Shown one piece after another: positions 7,721 to 15,738 of a DNA stretch of 32,000 nucleotides. The stretch's first letter is position 1, and every line of letters begins with the position of its first letter. The stretch comes from Candidatus Iainarchaeum sp. (GTDB lineage: Archaea; Iainarchaeota; Iainarchaeia; Iainarchaeales; 0-14-0-20-34-12): contig JAUSKK010000029.1 in assembly GCA_030649345.1 (NCBI GenBank), forward strand, positions 1 through 32,000, in the 5' to 3' direction. The notes under the pieces are model-generated. The model did not search any database. It was given only the letters and a program-made list of their open reading frames with translations, and was not told where the DNA came from. The translations under genes were made by a program, and so were the position numbers.

Positions 7721-7870
7721 CGCTCTCTGCGGGAATCGGACCCGCGCCGCAACCGAACTACACAAACTTTGTCAACGATTTCTTTCTTTTTCGTCAATGT
7801 TTTTCTTTCTTTGGAAGAAAGAAAAAGGTTGTGTGACAGGGTCGCATCCTAACCACTAGACTAAGAGAGC
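7721..7870 (-). tRNA. tRNA-Asp (anticodon GUC) interrupted by a 78-nt intron at the canonical 37/38 position
   Basis: Minus-strand reading: GCUCUCU-UA-GUCU-AGUGGUUA-GGAU-G-CGACC-CUGUCA[78-nt intron, 7833-7756]C-GGUUG-CGGC-GCGGG-UCCGAUU-CCCGC-AGAGAGC-G. The acceptor stem is 7/7 complementary, the T stem 5/5, and the anticodon stem 5 bp (one G-U). U8, A14, GG in the D loop, U33 and A37 are present. The 5' exon is exactly 37 nt and the 3' exon 35 nt, with no encoded CCA. One weakness is that the T-loop reads UCCGAUU, with C where U55 is expected. Confidence 0.7.
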
Positions 7871-7942
7871 ATACTGTCTGTTAGTATACTATAACTTATT
7901 TAGGAATCTTTTTAAAACAAATTGACCATAAATTCAAATAAT

Positions 7943-8536
7943 ATGGTTCTAGCCACCAGCAGTTATAAAATACTTCAAAAAGGATCTAAAGCACCTGAAT
8001 TTAGTTTGCCTGGAACAGATGGAAAAACTCATTCCTTAACTGAATTCACAGGAAAAAAAGCTTTGCTGATTGTATTCATGTGCAATCATTGCCCGTATGT
8101 TGTGCCCAAAGTGTCTTATTTGATTGAATTACAAAACAAGTATCAAAACAAAGGATTACAAATTGTTGGAATTTCCGCAACCGATATTCAACAAGTACCC
8201 GAAGATTCTTTAGAAGAAATGAAAGTGTTTGCCAAAGAACAAGGAATAAATTTTGTTTATTTGTACGATGAAACGCAAAGTGTTCCCAAAAAATTTGGCG
8301 CAACATGTACACCGGATCCTTTTTTGTTTAATGAAAAATTTGAGTTGGTGTATCACGGAAGAATTGATGAAGCACACAAATTAGGACATGAGCAAGCACA
8401 AAAAAATGATTTAGAAATAAGTATTCAAGAAACTTTGGATGGAAAAAAAGTTTCTGTGCAAACCCATCCTTCTATGGGCTGCAATATTAAATGGAAGCTT
8501 GGACAAGAACCAGAGTATTGGGATCGCCCAAAATAG
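7943..8536 (+). CDS. Thioredoxin-fold protein (AhpC/TSA-redoxin-like), active site C-N-H-C, no signal peptide
   Basis: APEFSLPGTDGKTHSL...KALLIVFMCNHCPYV is the classic redoxin/TlpA-like beta-alpha-beta with CxxC. The ORF track starts at TTG 7922; ATG 7943 (MVLATSS...) is preferred. Confidence 0.75.
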   Translation: MVLATSSYKILQKGSKAPEFSLPGTDGKTHSLTEFTGKKALLIVFMCNHCPYVVPKVSYLIELQNKYQNKGLQIVGISATDIQQVPEDSLEEMKVFAKEQGINFVYLYDETQSVPKKFGATCTPDPFLFNEKFELVYHGRIDEAHKLGHEQAQKNDLEISIQETLDGKKVSVQTHPSMGCNIKWKLGQEPEYWDRPK

Positions 8537-8545
8537 TTTTCTTTT

Positions 8546-9259
8546 TTAGTTGGATTCATTGGGCGAAGGAATGCTTTTTTTTGCAAAAAATAAAACAATT
8601 CCTAAAATGGTTGGAATCAATGCCAAAATTATGGAATTGATCAAGAATTTATTTAATAAAATGGATAAAAATTGAGAAAGAGATGCTAAAGATTCAGAAT
8701 TTGGAAATAAATTATTTCCAGAAAAAGTTAAAAGAACATAAGCTAAAGCAGAAGAAATGAGCATGGAAATTCCTGCACGCCAAAAAGTTTTCTGCAGTGT
8801 TTCAATTTTGTCTTTCAATGAACTGGATAATAAAAGTAAAATAAATAAAATAACAATTCCAATAATAGCTAAAAATGGAAGCAACGAATTAAGTAAAACA
8901 ATCCAAGAACGTGCTTCCTGCAATGTTTCCGGTTTAGCTACTTGTTCTAAAGAAAGGTTCACCGGAGTATTCGGCAAAGAAAAAGTTGGAATGACATTGG
9001 ACGAACCTTTAATGTAATGAATTAAATCTGAAATGAATTGCTTGAACGATTGTGTGAATTCTTGCTCAGAAACTACACTGGAAAGCTGAGGAACTGAAGC
9101 ATAAGCTTCTTTGGAAACTTGGCTGGAGTCTAAAGCAGAAACTACAAAAACTGGGTCTAAAAAGCTGGTTTGTGCACTATGAATCAAAACAAAGGCAGTG
9201 AAGGTCAAAGCAAATAAAGAAATAATTAAGCCTAAAAAAAAGTTTTTCACAAACGACAT
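8546..9259 (-). CDS. Integral membrane protein, unknown function
   Basis: 237-aa ORF with an N-terminal TM helix, a ~100-aa loop and three C-terminal TM helices. I recognise no motif. Confidence 0.55.
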   Translation of the reverse strand: MSFVKNFFLGLIISLFALTFTAFVLIHSAQTSFLDPVFVVSALDSSQVSKEAYASVPQLSSVVSEQEFTQSFKQFISDLIHYIKGSSNVIPTFSLPNTPVNLSLEQVAKPETLQEARSWIVLLNSLLPFLAIIGIVILFILLLLSSSLKDKIETLQKTFWRAGISMLISSALAYVLLTFSGNNLFPNSESLASLSQFLSILLNKFLINSIILALIPTILGIVLFFAKKSIPSPNESN

Positions 9260-9474
9260 GAATAGTTTTAGAACGAAAAGAAATAAAAAAAGGACAAACA
9301 GTGCACTGAGTTATGCGAAGAAGGACAAACTAAGCTTGGATTCAAGTCCATAGTTTGAGTTCTGTAATTTGCACACGCAAAACAGTTAGGTTTTTAAATA
9401 ACAAATAGTTATATTGGTGGGGTTCTTTTATTACTTTGCCTTTGCCAAGGCATGTAAAGTCGGGGTGAGAGAAA

Positions 9475-9897
9475 ATGAGTTTAGTTAATTTAACATTTGG
9501 AAACAGTACTTCCATTACCAATTCCAATGGAACAGAACTAATTGAAGTCAGTCATGCAGCCGATGCTGGAACTCCAACCATTACCGGAGAACGCGGAAAA
9601 GTAAAAATTGGCCGAGTTACTGAATTTTTTGGAAGACCTGAAATTTGTATTTTAGGCGAACTCATGGAAGGAGTTATTGCAACCAATATGATGGCTGTTA
9701 TTAATGATAAACGAGTTGAAGTTGCTGAATTAGAACACAAGTATGGAACCCGAGCCTTAAACAGACCTGGAACCAAAATTACGCTTATGTTAGTTGGTTT
9801 AAAAAAATACGACATCAAACAAAACGATGTAGTTGAATTTTGGCCAGCAACCCCGAAAGTCAGTAACAAACCCAAAGGAAAACTAATTATTTGCTAA
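9475..9897 (+). CDS. Small cytoplasmic protein with an EF-Tu domain-2-like beta-barrel segment, unknown function
   Basis: 140 aa. A Shine-Dalgarno-like GGGGTGAGAG lies 5-14 nt upstream of the ATG, and a TATA-like TTTTTAAATA sits at ~9391-9400. The core GKVKIGRVTEFFGRPEICILGELMEGVI...NDKRVEVAELEH...GTKITLMLVGL...DVVEF resembles translation-factor domain II barrels (recollection only). Confidence 0.5.
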   Translation: MSLVNLTFGNSTSITNSNGTELIEVSHAADAGTPTITGERGKVKIGRVTEFFGRPEICILGELMEGVIATNMMAVINDKRVEVAELEHKYGTRALNRPGTKITLMLVGLKKYDIKQNDVVEFWPATPKVSNKPKGKLIIC

Positions 9898-10101
9898 ACC
9901 AGTTTTCCTTTTCTCACCCCCTTTCTTTTTTCTATTTTTTAGTTATTCCGCTCAAATTTATTTTTGAATTAAAGTTAATTTTAGATTTTTTTTATTTTCT
10001 AAAAAAAATAATTTCAATTTTTAAGTTCAGTGAAAAAAGAAACAAGAGATTTGTTTTTCTAAAGTCAAAAGATTTATAAATAACGATTGTGTTTATTGTT
10101 C

Positions 10102-10950
10102 ATGGAATCTAAAGCAACACTTTTAATTTTACTAATTATTTTGGGAATCTTATTTGGATGCACGCAAAACAATTCACCAGCCATAATTTCCGATGATCAA
10201 AATCCAATAACTGAAACAAATCCAGACAATGGAACTTCTTCTGGAGTTTCAACCACTCAAGAAGTACCTGAAGATGTAGCTGAAGGCATTCAAATAATCA
10301 ATGAAGGACTGGAACGATCTCGCCAAGAAGAAAAAGTGGATTCAGCAGTTGCACTAAACATGAAGCAAGTACGTGAAGATTGCACTCAAGCCATTGACTT
10401 TACAGATGCAGTAGCTGAGGCTTGTGGCACTGGATTCAATAAATTAGAAGTAGACTTTGGAAATACGCCAGCAGAATATAGAGTATATGCAGGTGTCGAA
10501 ACCGAGAAGTTTTTAGGAAGCCATGCCTGCAGCGATCGTTTCCGAAACGATGATGTATTTAATTCACCATCCGCAGATCCAAATGCAATAAGGTCTTCAT
10601 CACCCATTGAAATTGGAATTGCAAAATTAACTTTACCAGGTCAAACAAAATCAGCTATTGAATACATTACGAATGACCCCAACAAATTCTATTATGGTGA
10701 AAACTTAGAAGTCATACACCAATTTAGCATAAGCAATAACTCATCTGCAGTGGTTTTAAAAGAAGAATTCGCCAGCGTTAGAAATAACCCAGGTACTATT
10801 CGCACCAATGTATTGGCAAATAAAGGATCTTACATCGTTCTAATTGCAGGAGAAAAATACGATCACTGCATTCAATCCGATACAGGAGAAAATGACATCA
10901 GCAAAATTGAATCCTTAACAAAAGCAATACTGGCAAAGTTACCGGAATAA
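10102..10950 (+). CDS. Secreted lipoprotein-like protein, unknown function
   Basis: ATG 10102 (MESKATLLILLIILGILFGCTQNN) gives a signal peptide with a lipobox-like L-F-G-C. An acidic Ser/Thr/Pro linker and a ~200-aa domain follow. The ORF-track start is TTG 10087. Confidence 0.6.
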   Translation: MESKATLLILLIILGILFGCTQNNSPAIISDDQNPITETNPDNGTSSGVSTTQEVPEDVAEGIQIINEGLERSRQEEKVDSAVALNMKQVREDCTQAIDFTDAVAEACGTGFNKLEVDFGNTPAEYRVYAGVETEKFLGSHACSDRFRNDDVFNSPSADPNAIRSSSPIEIGIAKLTLPGQTKSAIEYITNDPNKFYYGENLEVIHQFSISNNSSAVVLKEEFASVRNNPGTIRTNVLANKGSYIVLIAGEKYDHCIQSDTGENDISKIESLTKAILAKLPE

Positions 10951-11028
10951 CGGCTAATTTGCGGTAATAACCGAATTGAAAAAAGTATGATAATAAGTAA
11001 AAAGTTTTTCGCTGGCTTAAAGAAAATT

Positions 11029-11685
11029 TTATTTCTTAAAAATAACTCCGCCTATGTCTTCGGTTAATTCTAAATTTCGAAAACCCGCATTTTTTAATTT
11101 TGTTAAAACAGTTTTCTTTAAATTTTTTCCACGAACAATTCCAGTATTGCCGGTGTAGTGAAAGCCTTGGCCTTTGGATTTGAGAACTCGAAACATTTGG
11201 AAATAAAATTTTTCCGAAAACAATTCGCTTGCAATTTTAATGCTCGGAGGATCGTGAATAATAAAATCAAAAAAATTATCTGGAAATGTTTGGATTTCTT
11301 CAAAAATATTTCCTTGCTTGAATTCAATTTTAGAATTGGAAAACAATTCTTGAGAATGCTGATTTTGTTTTGCTAAAGCAATTACGTTTTCGTCTACTTC
11401 AAAAGAATGAATTTTTTGAACAGCTGGAATTTTAGATAAATGAGTACTGACATACCCTAAACCAGTACAAGTATCTAAAATTTTCCCAAAAGGTTTGCCC
11501 AGATAGGCCACCATTTGTTTTGTGCTTTTTTCCGGATCTGTGTCTTTAATGCAATGCATTCGAATTCCGGAAATTTCCAAATACGGCCAAGTCTGAGTTT
11601 CAACCAATTTGTAATATTTTTGAGTTTGCTCTGAAAAAAATCCAATCAAACGCTTGGGAGACTTATTATTCTTTTCTTTATTCAT
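11029..11685 (-). CDS. Class I SAM-dependent methyltransferase with (H)DPPS motif IV
   Basis: Motif I is ILDTCTGLGYVS and motif IV IIHDPPS, the DPP(Y/F/S) type seen in N-methyltransferases acting on nucleic acid or protein amino groups. 218 aa. Confidence 0.7.
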   Translation of the reverse strand: MNKEKNNKSPKRLIGFFSEQTQKYYKLVETQTWPYLEISGIRMHCIKDTDPEKSTKQMVAYLGKPFGKILDTCTGLGYVSTHLSKIPAVQKIHSFEVDENVIALAKQNQHSQELFSNSKIEFKQGNIFEEIQTFPDNFFDFIIHDPPSIKIASELFSEKFYFQMFRVLKSKGQGFHYTGNTGIVRGKNLKKTVLTKLKNAGFRNLELTEDIGGVIFKK

Positions 11686-11692
11686 ACAAAAA

Positions 11693-11702
11693 CTATATAT
11701 AG
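11693..11702 (+). promoter_or_regulatory. TATA-box candidate (CTATATATAG) for the giant-protein locus
   Basis: It lies ~47 nt upstream of GTG 11749 in the 63-bp divergent spacer. A purine-rich TGAGAGTGA lies 5 nt before the start codon. This is a sequence-pattern call only. Confidence 0.3.
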
Positions 11703-11748
11703 GAGAAACTCTAAAAAGTATACGAAAGGATAGCTTGAGAGTGAATTT

Positions 11749-14700
11749 GTGAATAAATTTGAAAAAATTATTTTTATCAGCGTACTTTTAATTCTTTTAA
11801 CTTTTTCAGTAAATGCTGGAACTGCAAATTATATTTCAACTATTTCGTGTGTTGGCGGACAAGAATCTCAGTGTTATTCTTCAACAGCAATTGGTTCAAC
11901 TGATTGTAGTGGAGATGGTTGTTCAACTGTTTGTAAAGATGGAACTTATAAATATGGTCCAGGAACAGCCGGAGGTTCAGGCTGGATGGATTGTGTAAAC
12001 AGCAGTGGTCAACCAGTTGCTGATGGAGCTACTGGATTGTGTGCTTGGGAAAGTATTGGAAGCTGTGCACAAGACGGACAAGTATTCAATACTTCTTCAA
12101 CAGGATATTGTTCTTCTGGCTGGGGTTGTGTCTATGATCAAACAGTTACATTAAGCAATACTTGCCAAGATGGGTATACTGCAACCAGTTCATGCACTTA
12201 CAAAAAAAGAGTTTCATCTGCTTATCCAAATCAAACAACGTGTACACCAGCAACGCCCAGTTGTGCAGGTCATGAATGTTCTTCAACTAATTTAAGTTTG
12301 TGTACCAGTGAAAGTACTTGTGAAACTACAGGATCAGCCAATTGGTGTCAAACAGGATATACATCATACACTTGTCAAACAGCAGCTTGTGCAACTTGTA
12401 GTTCAAGTAATTTAAGTGCATGCTATACCAATAGTGCGTGCACCAATGCAAGCGGATATTGGAATACTACAACCAACACATGCAGTGCTCAAACGCAAAG
12501 CAGTTGTACTTCAAGCGGAAAATATTGGTGTCCAAATGCTACAGGAACCAATGAATGTCAATCTACAACTTGTACTACAAGTACATGCACGGCCAGTACT
12601 CCACAGCATTGCAGTACAACAACCAATTGCTCAAATGTAGGTGCTGTTTGGTGTGAGTCAACTCATTTATGTTATGCTTCAGGATCACAACCTTCTAATT
12701 GCAGTTCTGGAGAATGTTCAACTACCAGTGTTACCCCTTGTGTCAGCCAAGGAGATTGTACAAGTGTAGGCGGAATATGGTGTTCTGCAACCAATAATTG
12801 TAAAACCACTCAAGCTGAATGCACTCAATCTATTTCTTGTGTTCCAGGAAGTAGTCCAGCTTGTACCACAAGTGCTGAATGTTCAACTGCTTCAGGATAT
12901 TGGTGTTCTACCTACAATCAGTGTTATATTAATTCCAGTGGCTGTCCAAGTGCAGGCAGTTGTGATACTAGCAATCGATATGCTTGCACAAGTTCCAGTA
13001 CCTGCAATACAGCTGGCGGAACATGGTGCAGCATAGAAAGCACTTGTTTTAATCCAAATGAAAATTATTGTTGTTCTAATACCAACTTAACTGGTTGTGA
13101 AACAGTAGATAGATGTACTCAAATTGGCGCAGGATATTGGTGTGCCAGAAATAATACTTGTGTTAGTAGTTCCAGTCAATGTACAAATACTTCAACATGC
13201 TCTTCTTCAGATTATTATCAATGCAATGATTCAACAGGATGTTCTAGTATTGGTGGAACTTGGTGTCCAACTACGGCAACCACAGTAGCGTATTGTAGTT
13301 CTCCTGGTCAATCCTGTACTACAATTGGAATGTGTGGAAATAGTTCATGCAATGTAGGAGAAACAGCAGGTACTTGCCCAAACGATTGCAATGAAAATAC
13401 ATCAAATTATTGTTCTGTTAATAATCCAGGTGGATGCAAAGAACCAGGTACTTGTACAAGCATAGGTGGAACCTGGTGTCCTCAAACCAACACAGCTCCT
13501 GCAGGATGCGCCCCTCCTGGAATAACGTGTCAGCAAGGCCAGACTTTTTGCGGAAATTATGTTTGTGAAACTGGAGAAACTCAGTATTCTTGTTCTACAG
13601 ATTGTGGAAACCCTAAAGAACTTGTTTGCCCGCCAAAAGACAAAATAGAATATGAAAAAAAGTCCTGTACAGCCAATAAAGGAATTGGAAAAATTTACAT
13701 GGCACCGGATGGATGCGAATATTTTTCATGTGATTATTCTACGCGAACCACTTGTCCAACTGGCGATGATGAACGAAAAGCAATTGATTCTTGTAAAAAC
13801 GATGGACAAGATTGGGTTTTCAATTATTATGGAAATTGTAAATTTGTAGAATGTTTACATAAAACAGTTTGTGCCAGCAAAGAAGATTTGAAAGCCACTC
13901 AAAAGAAATGTGAGAGTTTAGGTTTAGGATATTATTATTCAAGTGATTATCAAGGCTGCCCCAATATTCAATGTAAGCAGCAAGATTTCAAAGTTGTTCC
14001 TCCAACACCTGCTCAATGCAGAACAGAATACGATGCCTATTCAGGATATAGATATGTATGTGATACAACTCAAAATACTTGCCCTAGTTTAGATAGTCAA
14101 GCAGACTCTAAACGGAAATGTTATGATAGCGGCGGAAGACCTGATATTGTAAAAGGGCCCTCTGGTTGTGAATATTATACGTGTAACTTTGGAGAAGACA
14201 ATTCGTATTTCTTTGATTATCAAGGATGTCCTTCAGGAGAAGAATTACAAAAAACAGTGAATCAATGCAATGAAGAAGGAAAAGAAGTATTTACAGAAAT
14301 TGGATTAAATGGTTGTAAGAATGCAAAATGTGTAGAGCCAGGAACAGTTGAACAAAAAACAGAAGATGCTTGTATAGGATTACCCATTGAAAAATATAAA
14401 GAACAAAAAAGCGCTTGTGAAAATCAAGACGGAATATTTGTAGAAAAATGCAGTGCCTATGAATGTATTTCTAAAAGCGATATTGGAAAATGTGAAAGCA
14501 TTGAACCTGAAAAAGCAGTGTATGAAAAATGCGCAGCTAAAGGCGGAGAATTAATTGTTCGAAGAGATGACAATAAATGTCCTGTATTTATTGAATGTGT
14601 TGGGCGAAATGAAGTAGCTGAATTTGAAGATACAGAAGTCACTGACACGATTGGAGCAGCTCAAGCTTTAGAAATTGTATTTAATTTAGAAAAACTAAAT

Positions 14701-15399
14701 TTAATTTTAGATAAATTAGAACGACAAACTGAAGAATTAAAAACATATTATGAAAGCGTTGGAAATACAGAAAATGTTGAAAGATTTGTCCGAGTAAAAG
14801 CTATGTTTCAGGCAGCCCAGCAAGAAGTTGAATCCATTAAACAATATTTGGCAGACAATGCAGATAATTTAACGATTGAAAATTTAAAAGACATTAAAAC
14901 AAAAGTCAAATATATCAAAAAAGGAGTATTGAAAGATATTTTATATGTCATGCTGGCCAAAGAACCTAAACCAGCAACCAGCACAGGAACAGATATTAAA
15001 AATTGTGAAGAAAGTGAACAATGTTTTGTCAGCAATTTAAGAGTTTGCCAGAAAGCATTTATGGAACATACTGAAGTTGGATTTTCTGGGAAAATTGAAA
15101 TTACAGGATTGGAAGAAAACAAATGCAATGTAAAAGCTGCTGCAAATTATCAAGGAGAAAGTTATGAAATGGGCTGTGCATTTGACAATTATCCATTTGC
15201 TGATTTGAACCCGGAAAGCATGCAAAAATATTGTTCTGGCACATTAATTGAAAAAATGAAAAAAGAAGGAATTCGGACAGAGCAACCTACTAGCCCAGAA
15301 TCAACTGCAGCAAGTACTACGGATGAAAAAAAAGACATTAATGATCCATTAACAGGAGAACCATTGGTAAATCCAGCAGACAACAGTGAGGGAATTTAA
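11749..15399 (+). CDS. Giant secreted cysteine-rich repeat protein (1216 aa), no membrane anchor
   Basis: A GTG start gives the signal peptide MNKFEKIIFISVLLILLTFSVNA. By hand count there are 114 Cys. About 9 Ser/Thr-rich repeats end in G-(G/A)-x-W-C, and two CGN-x2-C-x2-GE-x4-C-x2-DC modules are present. Seven ~45-aa four-Cys repeats follow, then a Cys-free coiled-coil-like stretch and a 6-Cys C-terminal domain. There are many N-x-S/T sequons. Confidence 0.85.
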   Translation: MNKFEKIIFISVLLILLTFSVNAGTANYISTISCVGGQESQCYSSTAIGSTDCSGDGCSTVCKDGTYKYGPGTAGGSGWMDCVNSSGQPVADGATGLCAWESIGSCAQDGQVFNTSSTGYCSSGWGCVYDQTVTLSNTCQDGYTATSSCTYKKRVSSAYPNQTTCTPATPSCAGHECSSTNLSLCTSESTCETTGSANWCQTGYTSYTCQTAACATCSSSNLSACYTNSACTNASGYWNTTTNTCSAQTQSSCTSSGKYWCPNATGTNECQSTTCTTSTCTASTPQHCSTTTNCSNVGAVWCESTHLCYASGSQPSNCSSGECSTTSVTPCVSQGDCTSVGGIWCSATNNCKTTQAECTQSISCVPGSSPACTTSAECSTASGYWCSTYNQCYINSSGCPSAGSCDTSNRYACTSSSTCNTAGGTWCSIESTCFNPNENYCCSNTNLTGCETVDRCTQIGAGYWCARNNTCVSSSSQCTNTSTCSSSDYYQCNDSTGCSSIGGTWCPTTATTVAYCSSPGQSCTTIGMCGNSSCNVGETAGTCPNDCNENTSNYCSVNNPGGCKEPGTCTSIGGTWCPQTNTAPAGCAPPGITCQQGQTFCGNYVCETGETQYSCSTDCGNPKELVCPPKDKIEYEKKSCTANKGIGKIYMAPDGCEYFSCDYSTRTTCPTGDDERKAIDSCKNDGQDWVFNYYGNCKFVECLHKTVCASKEDLKATQKKCESLGLGYYYSSDYQGCPNIQCKQQDFKVVPPTPAQCRTEYDAYSGYRYVCDTTQNTCPSLDSQADSKRKCYDSGGRPDIVKGPSGCEYYTCNFGEDNSYFFDYQGCPSGEELQKTVNQCNEEGKEVFTEIGLNGCKNAKCVEPGTVEQKTEDACIGLPIEKYKEQKSACENQDGIFVEKCSAYECISKSDIGKCESIEPEKAVYEKCAAKGGELIVRRDDNKCPVFIECVGRNEVAEFEDTEVTDTIGAAQALEIVFNLEKLNLILDKLERQTEELKTYYESVGNTENVERFVRVKAMFQAAQQEVESIKQYLADNADNLTIENLKDIKTKVKYIKKGVLKDILYVMLAKEPKPATSTGTDIKNCEESEQCFVSNLRVCQKAFMEHTEVGFSGKIEITGLEENKCNVKAAANYQGESYEMGCAFDNYPFADLNPESMQKYCSGTLIEKMKKEGIRTEQPTSPESTAASTTDEKKDINDPLTGEPLVNPADNSEGI

Positions 15400-15695
15400 T
15401 GACTGAAAAAGAAACTAAATCCAAAGAAGGAATTTTAGACAAAAAAATGAATCTAAGCTTTAGCATGAGCCATATTATTATTGCAGTTTTATTATTGGCA
15501 GTTATTTCATTGGCTTATGTTTTAATAACAAATCCCAATGCATTCAAGCAAAGCTTGGAGCGAACAGCTTTAGAAAATGAAACTGTTAATCCTGTAACCA
15601 CAGAACAAGAAGCCAGCCAAGCCATTACAGGAATTGGACAAGACATTAAAGGATTAAGTTCTACTTTAGATGAAATTGATCAAAGCTTGGGTTAA
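15399..15695 (+). CDS. Small single-pass membrane protein (98 aa), translationally coupled to the giant gene
   Basis: Its ATG shares one nucleotide with the upstream TAA (TAATG at 15397-15401). It has a basic N-terminus, one TM helix (IIIAVLLLAVISLAYVLI) and a ~55-aa acidic tail. Confidence 0.6.
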   Translation: MTEKETKSKEGILDKKMNLSFSMSHIIIAVLLLAVISLAYVLITNPNAFKQSLERTALENETVNPVTTEQEASQAITGIGQDIKGLSSTLDEIDQSLG

Positions 15696-15738
15696 GTAAA
15701 GTCAATGTATTTATAATAGAAAATACTTGAGTACTAGA

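Noticed and set aside
7670-7765. N-terminal 32-codon extension of the methyltransferase ORF (ORF-track start 7765)
   Set aside because: The extension runs through the 3' exon of the tRNA-Asp gene (7721-7755) and into its intron. The ATG at 7669 gives a normal N-terminus.
9552-9875. 107-aa minus-strand ORF antisense to 9475-9897
   Set aside because: The plus-strand ORF has an SD-like site, an upstream TATA-like box and a recognisable beta-barrel-like sequence. The antisense translation has no features and no promoter or RBS context.
9891-10079. 62-aa ORF in the T-rich spacer after 9475-9897
   Set aside because: It is a Phe/Leu/Lys product of oligo-T/oligo-A runs. The region reads better as oligo-T termination signals plus the promoter of the next gene.
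12200-14600. Regular repeats in the giant gene considered as a CRISPR array or other noncoding tandem repeat
   Set aside because: The repeats are degenerate at the DNA level and conserved only as Cys/Gly/Trp codon positions within one long open frame. There is no repeat-spacer periodicity.
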